This document shows, in pieces, positions 26,183-39,730 of a stretch of DNA of 64,000 nucleotides (positions are counted from its first letter, which is position 1; each line of letters opens with the position of its first letter). The notes under the pieces were generated by a model. The model was not told the DNA's origin and made no database searches. It saw nothing but the letters and a program-made list of their open reading frames with translations. This DNA comes from Harriotta raleighana. Taxonomy: Eukaryota. The translations under genes were made by a program, and so were the position numbers. The DNA is taken from the NCBI GenBank assembly GCA_050575255.1, contig JBNZDD010013714.1, positions 8,121,681 through 8,185,680 of the forward strand, read 5' to 3'.

Positions 26183-29100
26183 TCAAAATGTGTTGCTGCA
26201 CATCATTTGAAAGTCTTTGAATAACGCATAGTTAAGAGCAGCACAAAACAGAGGAGGTTTATTTTGGTGTATTTATGGTTTCAATAAAAAAAAATCACAA
26301 ATACAGTACTGTGTACTGTACAGGTATATTGAAACAAGGTTAAACAGTGACACATTGTATTTTTCTCAGGCTTGGTTGGGAACAAGATGCTAAAATGAAC
26401 ATGTTATCACTTCATACCGCAGACTTCATAAGATTGTGTTTGAAACTTAACACGAGCTGATAAGATGAAAGTGCTTCTTTGATTGGACCCAAAGTGAAAC
26501 GAGTTGAGCATTCATAATGTATTTCTCTATTCCGCTTGAACCCACAGTGCAAACCTACCCACACTCAACACTTTTAAGCGCTCTGTACATATTCCTCAAA
26601 CACTCAAACTATATAAACTATTCCTTGGTCTCTGGGGAAATACTGCATTTTCAGTGGGGGGTGGGGTGGGGGGGAGGAGCGGGGTGAGGAGCGGGGTGGA
26701 GTTTAAATGCCAAAATTAATAAGTTAATAATGGAACATGATAATATCCTCCTTATCTCTGTCATCTTCACTCTGCTCCACTTTATCAAACCCTGGGGCTA
26801 TAACCATCTTAGGCTTGTAATGAAGTACAATCCTCGAGTGAGAGGGGAACAGTGGTCACCAAAGCTATTCCAAACTCTACTTTTCAGTACGAGGAAAGCC
26901 CTTTTTTTTGTGGTGCGGTCGCAGTGCACCATCTGGAGGTAAAAGTCACCCAGAGACCAGTACAATACTAGCCCCAGGCTAACCTTTTAATAGTCATGGA
27001 ACATTCTGGTCAAGGGTAGAGCACTTGCAAGAATGAATACCCAAGTCAAAGTCCAAGGGCACCTGGATACGGCCAGCACAATTTGTGAAGAACTTTTAGG
27101 ATATAGCTCCCCAGTGCAGGAGAGTTACTAACGCTAAATAGCACTCTGCAATATTGCCATTTAGAGCCCTCAGAAGTTTTTTGAAGATCTTTTCGTGGTT
27201 CTCGGGCTAGTCATCAACTGTCCTTTGGCAGAGGTGAGGCTCACAACCTAATTAATCACCCTGTGCAAGATTTGGTCTTGCCGAAGTTTGACAGCAACCG
27301 GTTTATAAATGTCTAAATAGAATAAATCTTAACTAATTTCGATGCACAAATTGTTCCAGTAATGGCCAATGACATTGCTGACATTGTATTTTTCCTTAAT
27401 TTACAACTACCGCAGTGAAGTAAATTGCACTGCTCTGCATTCTGATTTGAATGTATATTTGGATGTTTTCTTACAAAAGGCATTTAAAAATTTTTTTAGT
27501 TTCCAAAGTTTTTCCCTCCCCCTCCATGCCTGTGCTCCACTCTTATTTTATATGTAGATTGGAGGCTTTCAGCACCTTGGCTGTTCACGCTCCAAGATGT
27601 AACTGTTACAGTGTCTGGCATGTTCAGTCGTATGTGGCTTTCCTTTATCCTGTGGGTCCTGCTATCCTCAATATATTCATGTAGAGGGCAGCTTGACTTA
27701 TGTCACCGAGATTGTTTGCTCCTTATAAATATTTTATTTACATCAGAGGTTTGCGAGCTGACATTAATACCAGCCATATCTTAATATCAAGATTGATGTA
27801 TTGTGAATTCATCGGATTCATTACCATCAGTTGGGCTATTGTCAATTGTATTCATTGCCAACCGATCAGGAAAATAAAGGTAGACTTTTCCATCGAAAGG
27901 CAAACTTACTAGTTGTTGTATTTTACAAATGGTCAGCCTAACCTTTCATTGGTATTGCCCCTGGTTTGCTATTTCAAGCTACACGCCTTGAATTAAACAA
28001 GTGGAATATGGTAATAACATCTGAATAATAGCAAATGCTTTCCCCGAGTTCAGGATTAAGGCTAGATTGTTAAGGCAATGCCATGTAGTAATGCTGACTA
28101 CCACGAACCTTGGCTCAGAATAGAATCAAAGAAATCAGCAAAGATTTTTTTTGTGAAAACGGCTTCCGCATTTTAGTCAACTATAACAACAAAAGCACCA
28201 AATCCTTGACAAAATGAATAAAAGTGCAACTGGAAGGAAACCTGGCAGTCGAATCCTAATTAAAATTGTGAAAGAGTATTTTTCAAGGTCAGGGAGATAA
28301 GCACATATTTGATTATTATGAACTGATGCCGATAAAATGAACTTCTCAGCGGTTAAGCAATCATGAAAAGACTACAAAGCTCTGAATCCAGTTCGTAATG
28401 TAAAGATGTTTAATATGCAGCCAGCTATCACTTGTTTGCTGACAAACCCAGCCATCAGAACTATCACATCCATTCTTTAATGTAAGCACATTGTTCGGGG
28501 CAAGTGACATTAGATTTAGAGACATACAGATATAGATCCCACCACATTTGGATACATTCTATCATTAAAATGTTACAGACAAACTCAGCCATGGAGAAAT
28601 TATTTGAATGTACACTAAGCTATCACAACTCTAGTACGAGTTACTAGATACAATCCATTCCAGCGGAGTTTATCTGGCAACAAGAAGACAACTGGTGAAT
28701 AGTCCCTGTTAGTGCCACAATGAATCTCTTTGTGTTTTGAGGGTATGTTTTTAAAAAAGTGTGTGAGTTCAATGACATTGCATACGACTGTAATAATCCT
28801 TGCATATAGCGCTTTGATATTTGACTACCAATACTGTATTATCTAAATTTAAGACTACAGCACTCTCTTTTGATATAAGGTGGAACATATGAAATTTCAC
28901 ATTTATTCACATATTGATGACAAAATTTCTGTGGTGAATGGAAGACTGGTGCTCTCTAAGTCCACTATTCCACTTACATAGCCACTTACCCCAGTGACTA
29001 CACAGAGAAAATTATTCCATTGTTTCCTATTCTGAGACTTGTTGTTAAATTCTCTGGAACCATCTTATTTTGGAAGTACAGGTAATTGCTTTGTACATCA

Positions 29101-29624
29101 AGTCTTAAACAGAACTCATTCAAATATAACAGTATAGAAGTTATTACATTGTTCCAAAAATAAATGTGCCTTTAACTTTACATTCTATTTACTGCAGGTC
29201 ATTAGATGCGTAAAAACTCGTCTTGAGGCATTGTACTTTGTTTTGTTGTTTGATCTCATGTGTGTCTGCTATTACAGCATCTCAATAGTTTGAATAGTAA
29301 TTTTTCAAATGGCACTGCAAGGCTAAGAATTTGCTTTAGGGGAAAAAAAAGGCAAATATGATGAATAAACTAAAAACATCTTTCGGGTATCAAATGGTTA
29401 ATTTTCCCCCTTAATGAGAACCACCAAAGCTAAACAATTGCCATGACGAAAGTGTTTCTACATATTGGAAAATACCTTTTGTCTTTACTGCAAAGTGTTC
29501 CTTGAAGATGTGAAGTAAGGATAGGATCAGACTTGGTTATGGTGGCCTTAATGGTCAAGTAGACCACTGATCGGGAGTAGGATTTATTACATTAGAACTG
29601 GGCCATTATTTGTGTACATGTTGT

Positions 29625-29830
29625 ATAGGGCACATTTAGGAAAAAAATCTTCACACAGAGTATTCAACAGCTTGCATTCTTTATGAGGAAGGACTGTTAT
29701 GGCCAGAACAATGCACACATACATATAAAACACCTATGGTTGGTTAATGGTAAGATCAGTTTCTTGAGGGATGAGATCAAATGGTCCAAATGGGCTTCTT
29801 CATGGGAACTTCTCCAGCGTGAACTTTTAT
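29625..29830 (+). mobile_element. Degraded CR1 3' end
   Basis: ttaggaaaaaaatcttcacacagag (R..FTQR) ... agatcaaatggtccaaatgggcttcttc. Confidence 0.45.
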
Positions 29831-32800
29831 GTGTGTGATGCCAAGTTCTGGAATCATCGCACAAATGGCTGCAGCATTCCCAGCCCTTGTGAAATCGTGA
29901 CCCACCATGAGTCACCAGTTGCAGGAGAGAAAATTGAAAGGTAAAAATTAAACACCCTCAGTTGGGACACTATCATGCATGAAGGGAGCTATATAATTAC
30001 AAGTTGTTGTTGTTGTTCAGCGCATGATCGCTATGCCATATTAAAGATAGGAACAATATTTTTAACCTGACAAAGGACAGACTGCATCCTTTCTAAAACA
30101 AGTGAACCATTTCAAAATAAATTTACTTCAAGAGAACACAAAACATATTGCATTGATTGTAATTCTCACAAAATTAAGTAGCTTTTGCTCCGAAAGTTAG
30201 AGCTATGAACTTGCATTCCTGACTATAGTGACGGCTTTTGGATTTAGGCATCAAATCCAAGGGTATAGGCAATTCTGTAAAGTGAAGGTTCACGAGTTTA
30301 CTGCTATAGCTCCCCACAGTAGTTAATGTTTGTGCAATAAGTTTGATTGACTACTAAGAGAATTAATACACGTGACACTAAAGAAGTACTATATGCATAT
30401 ATGGGAAGTGATAGAGAAGTGAAGAGAAGTGATATGCTTGGACTTGCTGACATGGATTGTATGAATTCTGTTGTAGCATTATCAAAGTTCTTGACTACAT
30501 TTATCTTTGTTTGCTTAAAAGTGCCACAGGTTGATTGATTCTATTTGTTGCACCTTTTTAAGTACTGCTTGGGAATTTCGGCAATTTCAAGTGATTTCTG
30601 TTTGATTGATGCCTCAAATAAGTTTTATTCTCCAAATAAAAACTGTCCTTCGGTTCTGGTGAAAGGTAGCTATTGTTGAGAATGGAGTGCTTTGTTAGGA
30701 AGCCATAAAGTTCCCAAGCCTCTGAAACACATTGAAAGATAAAGCTATTGTATCACTACATACGCTTTATTTTAATTCATGATTTATTATGGTAGCATGG
30801 AAAAATGGAGCCGGTTTTTTCTTAATAAACAACATGAAAAGCCTTTCTTTAGAGAAAATAAAGCATTATTATTTTTTGTTACTCTTTAACTACAAAACAT
30901 TGCCCCCTGAATTTTGCTGTCTTACATTTTACTTCACACTATTTGTGCACATTTCTGCCGTATGTAGGCAAAACTTTGCAAAGAAAAAATAAGGCAAATC
31001 TAATTATAACTGAGTGAATTTGCTCACTGTCAAAAATCTCTTTGCTGTGAAACTTCCAAACTTGTTTTGTTAAGTAGGTCACATTATGTTATGGCCAGTT
31101 ATTGGGAAGGGGGCTCAGATAACTGTTTGTTGAGTATTTAATGGTTTTGCTGCCTCAGCACACTTTTTTTTTACTGGCAGTTTTCACACAGCTGTGCTAC
31201 TGAAAAGAAGCAGCACTAGAGCGAAAACATTTCAATGCTGTACAGCGCAAAGGTTCCTACCATCACATGCTTCACAGAGTTATGTGGTGTTGCTCTTACC
31301 CACAACTTTTCTGTAACCCTTGCACATGCTGGTACTCAGTAGGTGGATTCGAAATCTATTTCTGGAAGCATGACTGTGGTGCAAAGACATACATTTAAGC
31401 TGTGATATTAAATAATGAAGTCACTCAAAGCAGTCACTGTTTGTTCTTTTGTAATTGCCATCTTCTCTGTGACCTTGTAGTTTATTTTCAAACATTAAGA
31501 GATATTTATTCTAGTGTATTTTTAAACAGAGGTTGTTTTTCTCCTCTTCAGAAAATGAGCACAGATGGTGATTGATTTTTCAAGTACTAACATCCCTGCT
31601 TGAGAACATTTTCCCACCTTCTTTGTGCAAAGCAAGTCAGGCAAACTAACATGATGATGCGATCATCAGTTTCATGCAGACATGGTGAATTGATTGACAG
31701 AGAGGATTTCTGCATAAACCACCCAGTCTCCTGATGTTTTCTTTCTTCCCTTTCAGTGTACGGTGTTTGGCTGGTAGGGGTGGCAGTGGGGAATGGAAGG
31801 GATGTTTGGAAAAGAGACCAAGCTACACAGTTTGATCTAAATCTGGGATTTACACCCCGGCTCATCTAATATCAGCGCAAATTTGCAATAGCTCCACTGA
31901 GTCATTTGTAAAGGCTAGGAAGCTACATGATGTCATTGGCTAACTAGCCATTCTCAGGCCATTGCTTCTGTTTGCGTGACTAAATACATACAATTAAAGG
32001 CTAGCACTTCTCATTCTGTATGAAGTCATTGTTATCCAGAGTTCAAGTACTCAGATAATGGCATGGAAGAGAACAGACATATCATCAAGCTTCAGCCACA
32101 GCAAGCTGGCTTGTAAAATAAACTCCCTTTTATTTCATGCGTGTTTTTGAGAGAATTATGGCTCATTCTTTTTTTGCACGCAGATGTCAAATACCTTTCG
32201 AGAAACTGTCACATTTAACTTGGCATAATTACACCAGATTGTGACAGGTTTCCACAGAGGGAAATTGCAGACCCCCAAGTAGTTCCTTTCACTTTGAAAT
32301 GTTCAGTACCTGATCGAATATGAAAACTTTCAGAGTACTGTATTTTGAAAAGAAAACAAAGCCTTTTAGTATCAAACATGTTTAGAACACCAAAATATTC
32401 TGATGATAAGCTCCCATCTTCATGTAAAAGATTGCTCCCGAGCTGAATGTTTTGAGTGTTCTGACTGAGTTCCCACTACAATAAATGTCACGCAGCATAT
32501 CATTAAATAGAACCTGAAATAAATTGAGAGACAAGGTCGAGAGACATTATATTAAATAATAACTGTGAACGTTATCATGGAGGTGATATGTCCCTATTTT
32601 TATAATGGCTATTCACAGTAATTATTCTGGCTCTTGCTTGATATTAAAAAGATGGCATTGTTTGTCTGTATAACTTCTATCAAAGTAAATATAGTGTTGC
32701 AACATAAAAGTTACAGCACATAGAGATTGACCTTAGGAGACTGTCATAGTGGTCTGTACTAACCACATGCGAGACTAGGGATAGAACTCGGCCCCTGAAC

Positions 32801-33369
32801 GAGCTCAAATCTGTAACCACAGGGCGTGAGGGGAACGTTCACCACAGCGCTGCTGAGCTAATTTTCTTTTGACAAATGAAAAGAATGTGATGTGTGTGTG
32901 TATCAGTGGGGGATGAGAGTTACTACAGAAACATCCATAATGATCAATGGAGTATTTCTGCAGAGAGCAAAGTAAAATCATGTGGTTGGATGGTTTAACA
33001 GAACCAGCACTCGAGTTTTCGTTGGTTAGTGGATATCTATTTTGTTTCATCACTTTCAACAACATTAACCATGTAGAAAATTGTTGTAGAATTCTAAAAG
33101 AAGGAAAACATGTGTGTGAGAAGTAAGAAAATGGAAAACAATGTACAAAAAATAGCTCTGTGTAATAAAGATTTGAATGGCAAAAATGCATTCAGTTCTG
33201 TTTTCTTACTGAGTACTAACATTGGGAATGCGGTCAGGATGTTTCTACCCACCCTGAGCCAGTGTAGCTTGACATTTAAGTGCAGAACCTTGATTAGAAA
33301 AGGCAACAAAGTTCTGGATGAGTTCAAATTGTGTGCATGGTGAAACCAGAGACTGTAACGAGGAGATTA

Positions 33370-33485
33370 TGGGAAAAATCTAATCTGGGGGTGACAGAGG
33401 GATGGGATAAGGGTTTCAGCGGTGGCAGTGTGGTACAAAGCATTGCCTGGAGATGGAAGAAGGTGGTCACTTTTTGAAGAAGAAC
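33370..33485 (-). mobile_element. L2 ORF2 fragment
   Basis: Minus strand ttcttccatctc..gctgaaacccttatccca..tgtcacccccagattagat resembles FFHL..AETLIHAFVTSRLDY. Confidence 0.55.
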
Positions 33486-33671
33486 AAAAATGTGCACTGC
33501 TGCCCGGCATAGTAATGGCTTGGGATATTTTCATGTCTGTGTTACAGTTATCCATCACATTTAGCGACTTGACAGATCTTATTACTGTGATGTCTTGAGC
33601 TCATCTTCATGATAACTTATACAATTTGGAATGTCAGGACATCCATTTGTATTTCAGACCATTTGTAGAAA

Positions 33672-34660
33672 AGTGCATAATAATCTCTGTCAATATTGCC
33701 TGGACATTTTTTGTTGAAAAATGATCTTAAAATACAATATTGATTGGATCGAAAATAACGATGCCTAATTTTATGTATTACTCTAGCTCCATATTAATAT
33801 ATTAAAGCTATAGAATGGATTCTGGAAGGTATTTTAAATTACAATTAAAACCTGATAAATACTGAATACAGTACTTGGGCTAAATGTTTTGCTGTTATAA
33901 AATGAGAGTGAATAGAATGACAATTAAATTCTACACTTAGAAGAAGGCCAAGTTTTCTGATTGGATATTGTCTAAATTCTACTCCACAGTCAGGCTAATT
34001 GACCACGGGGAGAGTTATAGCTAAGATGGATATCCTTATCCATTTCCATTTAGACACTCTGGACAGTGACTAGAATTAAGAAAAGGGATTCATTGTTCAC
34101 TCCTACAGCCGATAATAATAATAACCCTTGTATTTGATATAGCACTTTTCATATCTTGTAGACGTCTCAAAGCACTTCACAGAATTTACTGTAAAGTGAT
34201 TTGACTGTATATTTGTGGGCGAAACACAACAGCGAATTTGCACACAGCAATTCTCCACAAACAGTCATGGATTGAATTGACCAATTTATTATTGATTTTT
34301 TTGAGGGCTTATTATTAGGCATGTGGCCCATTGCAGTGCCAAATTGCTTAGAATAACTCATTCAGTATGGACCAGGAATCAAACTTAGGACCTTGTGGTG
34401 TGGATGACTTTACACATTCTTTATCCAGAGGGTATATAATGACTGAAATGGTTTACCAGGAAGGGTAGTTGATACCAGTGCGTAATAATCTCTGTCAATA
34501 TTGCCTGGGCATTTTTTATGAAAAATGATTTTAAAGTACAATATTGATTGGATCAAAAATAACAATGCTTAATTTTATGCATTACTATAGCTCCATATTA
34601 ATGTATTAAAGCTATAGATTGGATTCTGACAAATATTTTAAATTACAGTTAAAACCTGAT
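33672..34660 (+). repeat. Diverged ~185-bp direct repeat (33672-33856 and 34477-34660)
   Basis: The copies align end to end with about 18 differences by manual count (roughly 90% identity). No N gap between them. Confidence 0.92.
34113..34322 (-). mobile_element. 5'-truncated tRNA-SINE (body and tail)
   Basis: (aat)n-cccttgtatttgatatagcacttttc..gacgtctcaaagcacttcacagaa..tgactgtatatttgtgggcgaaacac..ttgagggcttattattaggc is the reverse complement of the 37645 family. Confidence 0.88.
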
Positions 34661-37644
34661 GCTGAACTCATGTAAAGAACAACTTGATGCAGTGATGGGA
34701 GAACGGTAGGGTGGAAGGTTGAGATCAAATGAGCCCAAAGAGCTTCTTCACTTGATGCTTTCTTATGCTCTTGCAGATGACTTTATGCATTGGGCTGTTT
34801 TACATCAGTACGTGAAGTCAAAAGATGATAGAGATGCTGGCAAAAAGATATATTTGGTGGTTCGCAGATGATTACTGTAGTACACCTGAATATGTAAAGC
34901 ACATTAAGGGTGTGATGCTTCATACGCTAGTAAATTTAGTGTACTTGAATGATGTATATTTACAATAAATCACATTAACCTTTGCAGATTTATGCTAAAG
35001 TTACATTGCAATCTGAACATCAACCCCCTAATAATTAAGTACTTCACAGCCTCCTAGGTTCCTCTGTCCATTTTGAAAGTAGTTCCACTTTGCAAACAAT
35101 TTGCCGCTTGATTGGCTGGAAAACGACTCCAAAGGCGAGTTTTCAAGCCACCTGAAATGCTTGTAAATTAACATTAAAGATACAATCAGACCAATCTCCG
35201 ATGTGCTTCTTTTAGCGCCAAATAAAGGAATGCTAACATTGCGTGAGATAATTAATCTGCAGTGCCCTAAAGGTTAATGAATTCTTTTATTATTACGTGA
35301 CTGTAGGGTCTTATTGTGGAAATAATAATACACAGTTCAGGGGAAAAGTTGCACTGAAAAAGCTTGATTACAAGGGAAGCAGCTTGCATTAATAGAAAGT
35401 TACTGCTGGGGGAAAAAAATCCTTTGTAGATCAAAGTTATTCTTAGGCAGAACTTGCCTGCATTTTTAATCTACTTCGATGATGTCATTTGTAATGAGAT
35501 TTGAGGTGTTCCTGGAAGTTGTCTTGTATTAGTCACATGTTTATCTAACTCACATCCTCTGATATGTTTGCATAATGTACATATACAAACAGGCCTTAAG
35601 GATAGCACAGGATGGTGACGTGATGTGAATTTGCTCCACACACGATGAGTTTCAGACTCAGTTGAGGCATCAGAGAAGGTGGTGAACAGAGAGCAGACCC
35701 TTTTCCACAGGGAAGCAGAGAAAAATTGGCAGCTCGTCACTTGGGTCCGTGTCATTTCAGCAACCTCCTAACAGATGTCTCTAGACTGTTGTTGGCAGAC
35801 ACCCGGGAGCTTGACTGCCCATCCTCAACCACTGGGGACCTAAACAAAAGGGGAAAAAAAGGAAAAACCTGGGGGGGAGGGTGGGGGGAATAAAAGAACA
35901 TGTGCATGACTCTGAGGAATACTAAAAAGAAATCTCTGGTTTTGACTTTTGTCAAAGATGTATTTATAAGGGATTGACAAGTGTATGTTATAGAGGGAGC
36001 CCAGACTAAGTAATGCTGTTGTAATTGGTATTGAGACGCTGCTGCATAGCTCTGGCGCACAGTAATTACATCAACTTTAAATTTTATTGCTATATCCCTG
36101 ACTGGCGCAACCTATGGCATTAAAGCATGTGGATGTGACCAGCTCACATCGAATGCTTGAATGATCGATCTTTCATCCTTTATTGTACCGTGATAGTCTT
36201 ATTTGAAGAGATTACATAATCCTATTTACAGTACAAACTTTTGTATTAAAACCCTTTCCATGCATTACCCTTTAGCAATGGACCCGACTGCATGAGGATC
36301 TTTAAGGGAATGCTTTTAATACAATTTCCTTCAAGAATAGCCAGGGCGCTTGATGAATTCTGTATACCATTCCAGTATTTTTCTGCATTTAGTTTAGAAC
36401 TATTACTTGGTTGTTATTGGCAGAAGATGATAAATTCAGTAACTAAATTCTTCAGAGAAACATTTTGACTTTATTCATTATTCTCTTTACACGCCACAGT
36501 TAACACCACTAATTTACTGCGTAAAGTCCTGAGGGATGGAATTTCTGCACCCGTCTTCTATGTTGAGCATTGCCCATATTATTTTGTTCCTTTTTCCAGG
36601 TTTGAAAGTAGCCGAGAATCTCCCAAGCAGTTAGCTCTAGAACGAGATCATAATTTGATTCTGTTCAAATAAATGTTGTTGAAATGTCTCAAAACGCTAC
36701 GCTGTAGAGCATTGTGGCTGTGTTTTGTAGGTGAATGTGTCACCCAGTTTACGCAAGCAATGGTCCCTGATTGAATAAACATTTCTCTTCTATGTGCAGC
36801 ATTATTGATTAAATCACTTGTGAAATCCCTACTCTTTTTGAACAGGTTTTGGGTTGGTTAACTTCCACCTGAGTAGGTTCAATATCCCATTCGAGGATAT
36901 GCAGAAGGTCCGGGACTATTTCCATTTCGCTACAAGCAGAAACACGTGGTTTGGCAGAGCTATACAAGCTTCTGTCGTGAATCTTAAATAATTGTTCTTC
37001 CCCTCCTCTTAAGGAAGTTCTGCTTTGGGAGAAAACGCCACAGAGAAAAGGGAATAAATGTGATGGTGGAAGTGGATTAATCACCTTTAGGTGTAATATT
37101 TCCTACCAAATTTCTTCCCCTCCGGATCATAGTCTAGGGTAAAGTGGCTCCTCATTTTTTTTTTTTTNTGGAGAATAATTTTATTTTTAATTATAAAACA
37201 CATGACATATATTGGAAGTTTTTTTCTTTACCACAATTGAGAGATTGTATAAAATCTGGTATTTTGTTGAATTCATTCTTAACTTTGAACCTGTTTTTCT
37301 GTTGTTCTTAGAACTACTCAATGGTAATATCAACAATCAGTGATTTTATTATATAAATGTATTTGCTCAGGCAGCTGGTTGATTATTTATCTTATTGGGC
37401 AGAAATGTTTTAGTTCTCAGGAGAAGTTACAGAAAAACAGCTTCAAAGTTAAAACTGCATTTAAGAACTTGCCAAATTCCGGATATTGAAATGCTACATA
37501 AAATCTAGATGTGACTTGGAATTTCTACCCAGTAAAGTTATTTACTCTACCAACTCAGCTGGCTGAAAATATTGTTTTATATATGTATATATAATTATAT
37601 AATTTTCATATTATGAGTAATCTGCTTAGTGCTGATTATTTGAA

Positions 37645-37948
37645 GTCCTGTTGCTCAGTGACAGTAATCACTCACCTCGCAAGCGAGAGACTTGGGTTTG
37701 ATTTTTGCTAGGGTGAAACCATGGGCATGTTTCCTTATTCCACACGCCTAATAATAATAATCCCTCAAGAAAAAAAAATGGTCATTTCATTCACAACTGT
37801 TTGTGGGACACTGCTGTGTGCTACCAGGCTACCAGGTTCTGACCACAAATATACAGTCAACTCATTTGACAATATATTCTGTGAAGCACTTTGAGACGTC
37901 TAGAGTGAAAAGTGCTATATCAAATGCAAGGATCATTATTATGATTAT
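37645..37948 (+). mobile_element. Full-length tRNA-derived SINE (same family as 2578)
   Basis: gtcctgttgctcagtg..ctcacctcgcaagcgagagacttgggtttgat..gggtgaaaccatgggca..tgtgaagcactttgagacgtctagagtgaaaagtgctatatcaaatgcaagg. Confidence 0.9.
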
Positions 37949-38821
37949 TTTCCTATTTACTTCAGCAACAAAAATGTTACCATAAAAAACACCAGCTGCA
38001 CTAAACGAAAGATTGTCTTGTTCCTGGAATTGTCATTGTAATTGTACGGCCAGGAGTAATGGGTTTGTGGCTTCTAACCCAGATTGTTTTTATTATTAAA
38101 AGTTTACAATTAAAAGCAGAGTAGGCATGAAACAATAGCAATCTTGAGTAATTCCGAATAAGTTTTTAAAGTAGAAGTTTTGCTTTCCTGGAGCAAATCA
38201 GTGATGAGAAACATCAGCTTTAATATGCAACAGGCAAATGGCATTCATCTTGATGTGATTCTCTACTTCCAACTGTTCACATCAGTTTCATGTTTGTGCA
38301 GTCGTTTTCATGTCAGAGGTGCTTGAGAAATATTCAGCCATTAAAGGCTTGTTCTTTGTTTTCAATCTGTGGCATAGTAGACATTTTAACAAGCTATGGT
38401 TCACTTAACTGGCATGCACAGAACCACAAAAGAAAATTATGTAACAGATGGAAGATACTACTTTTTTTTAGTTTTTTAAAAGTTATTTTTACAAATCCCC
38501 CCAAACAATTCTAATGCCAGTGTTTGCAGTCAAAACCTTGCAGTGAAGATGTTTACAGTATAGATGATGTTAAGGGTATTTTATAGTTGTGACATTCAGA
38601 CTATTGGCAGGAAAAAATATATTTTGTTAAGATTAGCATGATGTTAGGAACCATGAAGTAACTTATGTGCTTCAATAAATATGTCCAGCTCATTGCAAAC
38701 TACAAAGTTAGTTAAAACAAAACAACACAAGAGCGAATTGCTATTTAGTGAAATCATTTCCTTTTCTTAATCAAAAGATGACAGCCTCAACCTTTGAACC
38801 TTGCAGCACTGTGATATGTGT

Positions 38822-38843
38822 TGTGTGTGTGTGTGTGTGTGTG
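38822..38843. repeat. (TG)n microsatellite
   Basis: Perfect TG run. Confidence 0.9.
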
Positions 38844-39329
38844 TTGGAGGGGATGGGAAGCAGCTCTGAAAGAATTGAATATGTGTTCAATAGTATCTGA
38901 CTCAAATGATTTGTTGAATCAGATATTTATTATAACTAGTGTGGTTAAATTCATTTCTTTTTCAGAAAAGCAAACGCTCTTTATTTCCCAGTGACCACAT
39001 TTTATGTGACAAAGATGTTTAATGCAAGCTGCATCTTGTTTAACGCTCATCCTGCTGCAGACTAATGTCTGCTCACAGCGCCGTGTACACCACAGACAGC
39101 TCTCCCAATACAGTTCTTTTTTAAAAAATCATATAAAGCCAACAATTTTGCTTCTTTGCTGTTTGAGGGACATTGCTATGAGCGAATAGGCTGCTGTGTT
39201 CACCTGTAAATGTAACAGTCACTTTACATCAAATGCACGGCTTATTTATTATTGGTCCGAAGACCCTTTAGTTGATGTGAAAAAGGATGCTCATGTAGCT
39301 TTTACTTTCTTTTCAGAAAAGTTGGTATA

Positions 39330-39730
39330 GCTCCCCTGACCAAAAGGCTCAGTGGTTCGTTCTCACAGTCTATGTTAAATTAGCTAATCTCTGTTGCAGT
39401 ATTAGTTGAGGGTGTTTCATCTGGCCTCAACTTCCAAGGTTATAGCAGAGGAAATCAGCTAATATCCAATTCCTTGTCTCTATACAGTGCCCCCTCCTGT
39501 AAAGGTCCTGTGTTAATACTGACTGAGAATAGGATTGGGGTTTGGAATAGGGAGAGGGGGGTGTTCAGCTGCAGGCTCCCTTCTACCTGCAGTCACTATC
39601 AAGTTAAGTGGTCCGTCAGCAGTCACTATCAAGGCTCATCCATAAATATTGGCCACTTAGGCAAGGCGACCACAGAACCACACCATGCAAAAGGCAATAA
39701 GGAGCCAAACACCATCTGGAGGAGAGAAGA
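39330..39730 (+). mobile_element. Ancient SINE-like element (uninterrupted relative of 14655-15252)
   Basis: Shares ordered motifs with the split copy. ggttcgttc at the 5' end resembles a B box. Family name not certain. Confidence 0.5.

Noticed and set aside
26655-26700. G-quadruplex-like G-run cluster
   Set aside because: Short low-complexity G tracts occur throughout the window (5700, 35870, 48800, 63784) with no supporting context.
35471-36060. Two adjacent minus-strand ORFs of 94 and 102 aa
   Set aside because: No recognisable domain, they run through homopolymer tracts, and their length is expected by chance.
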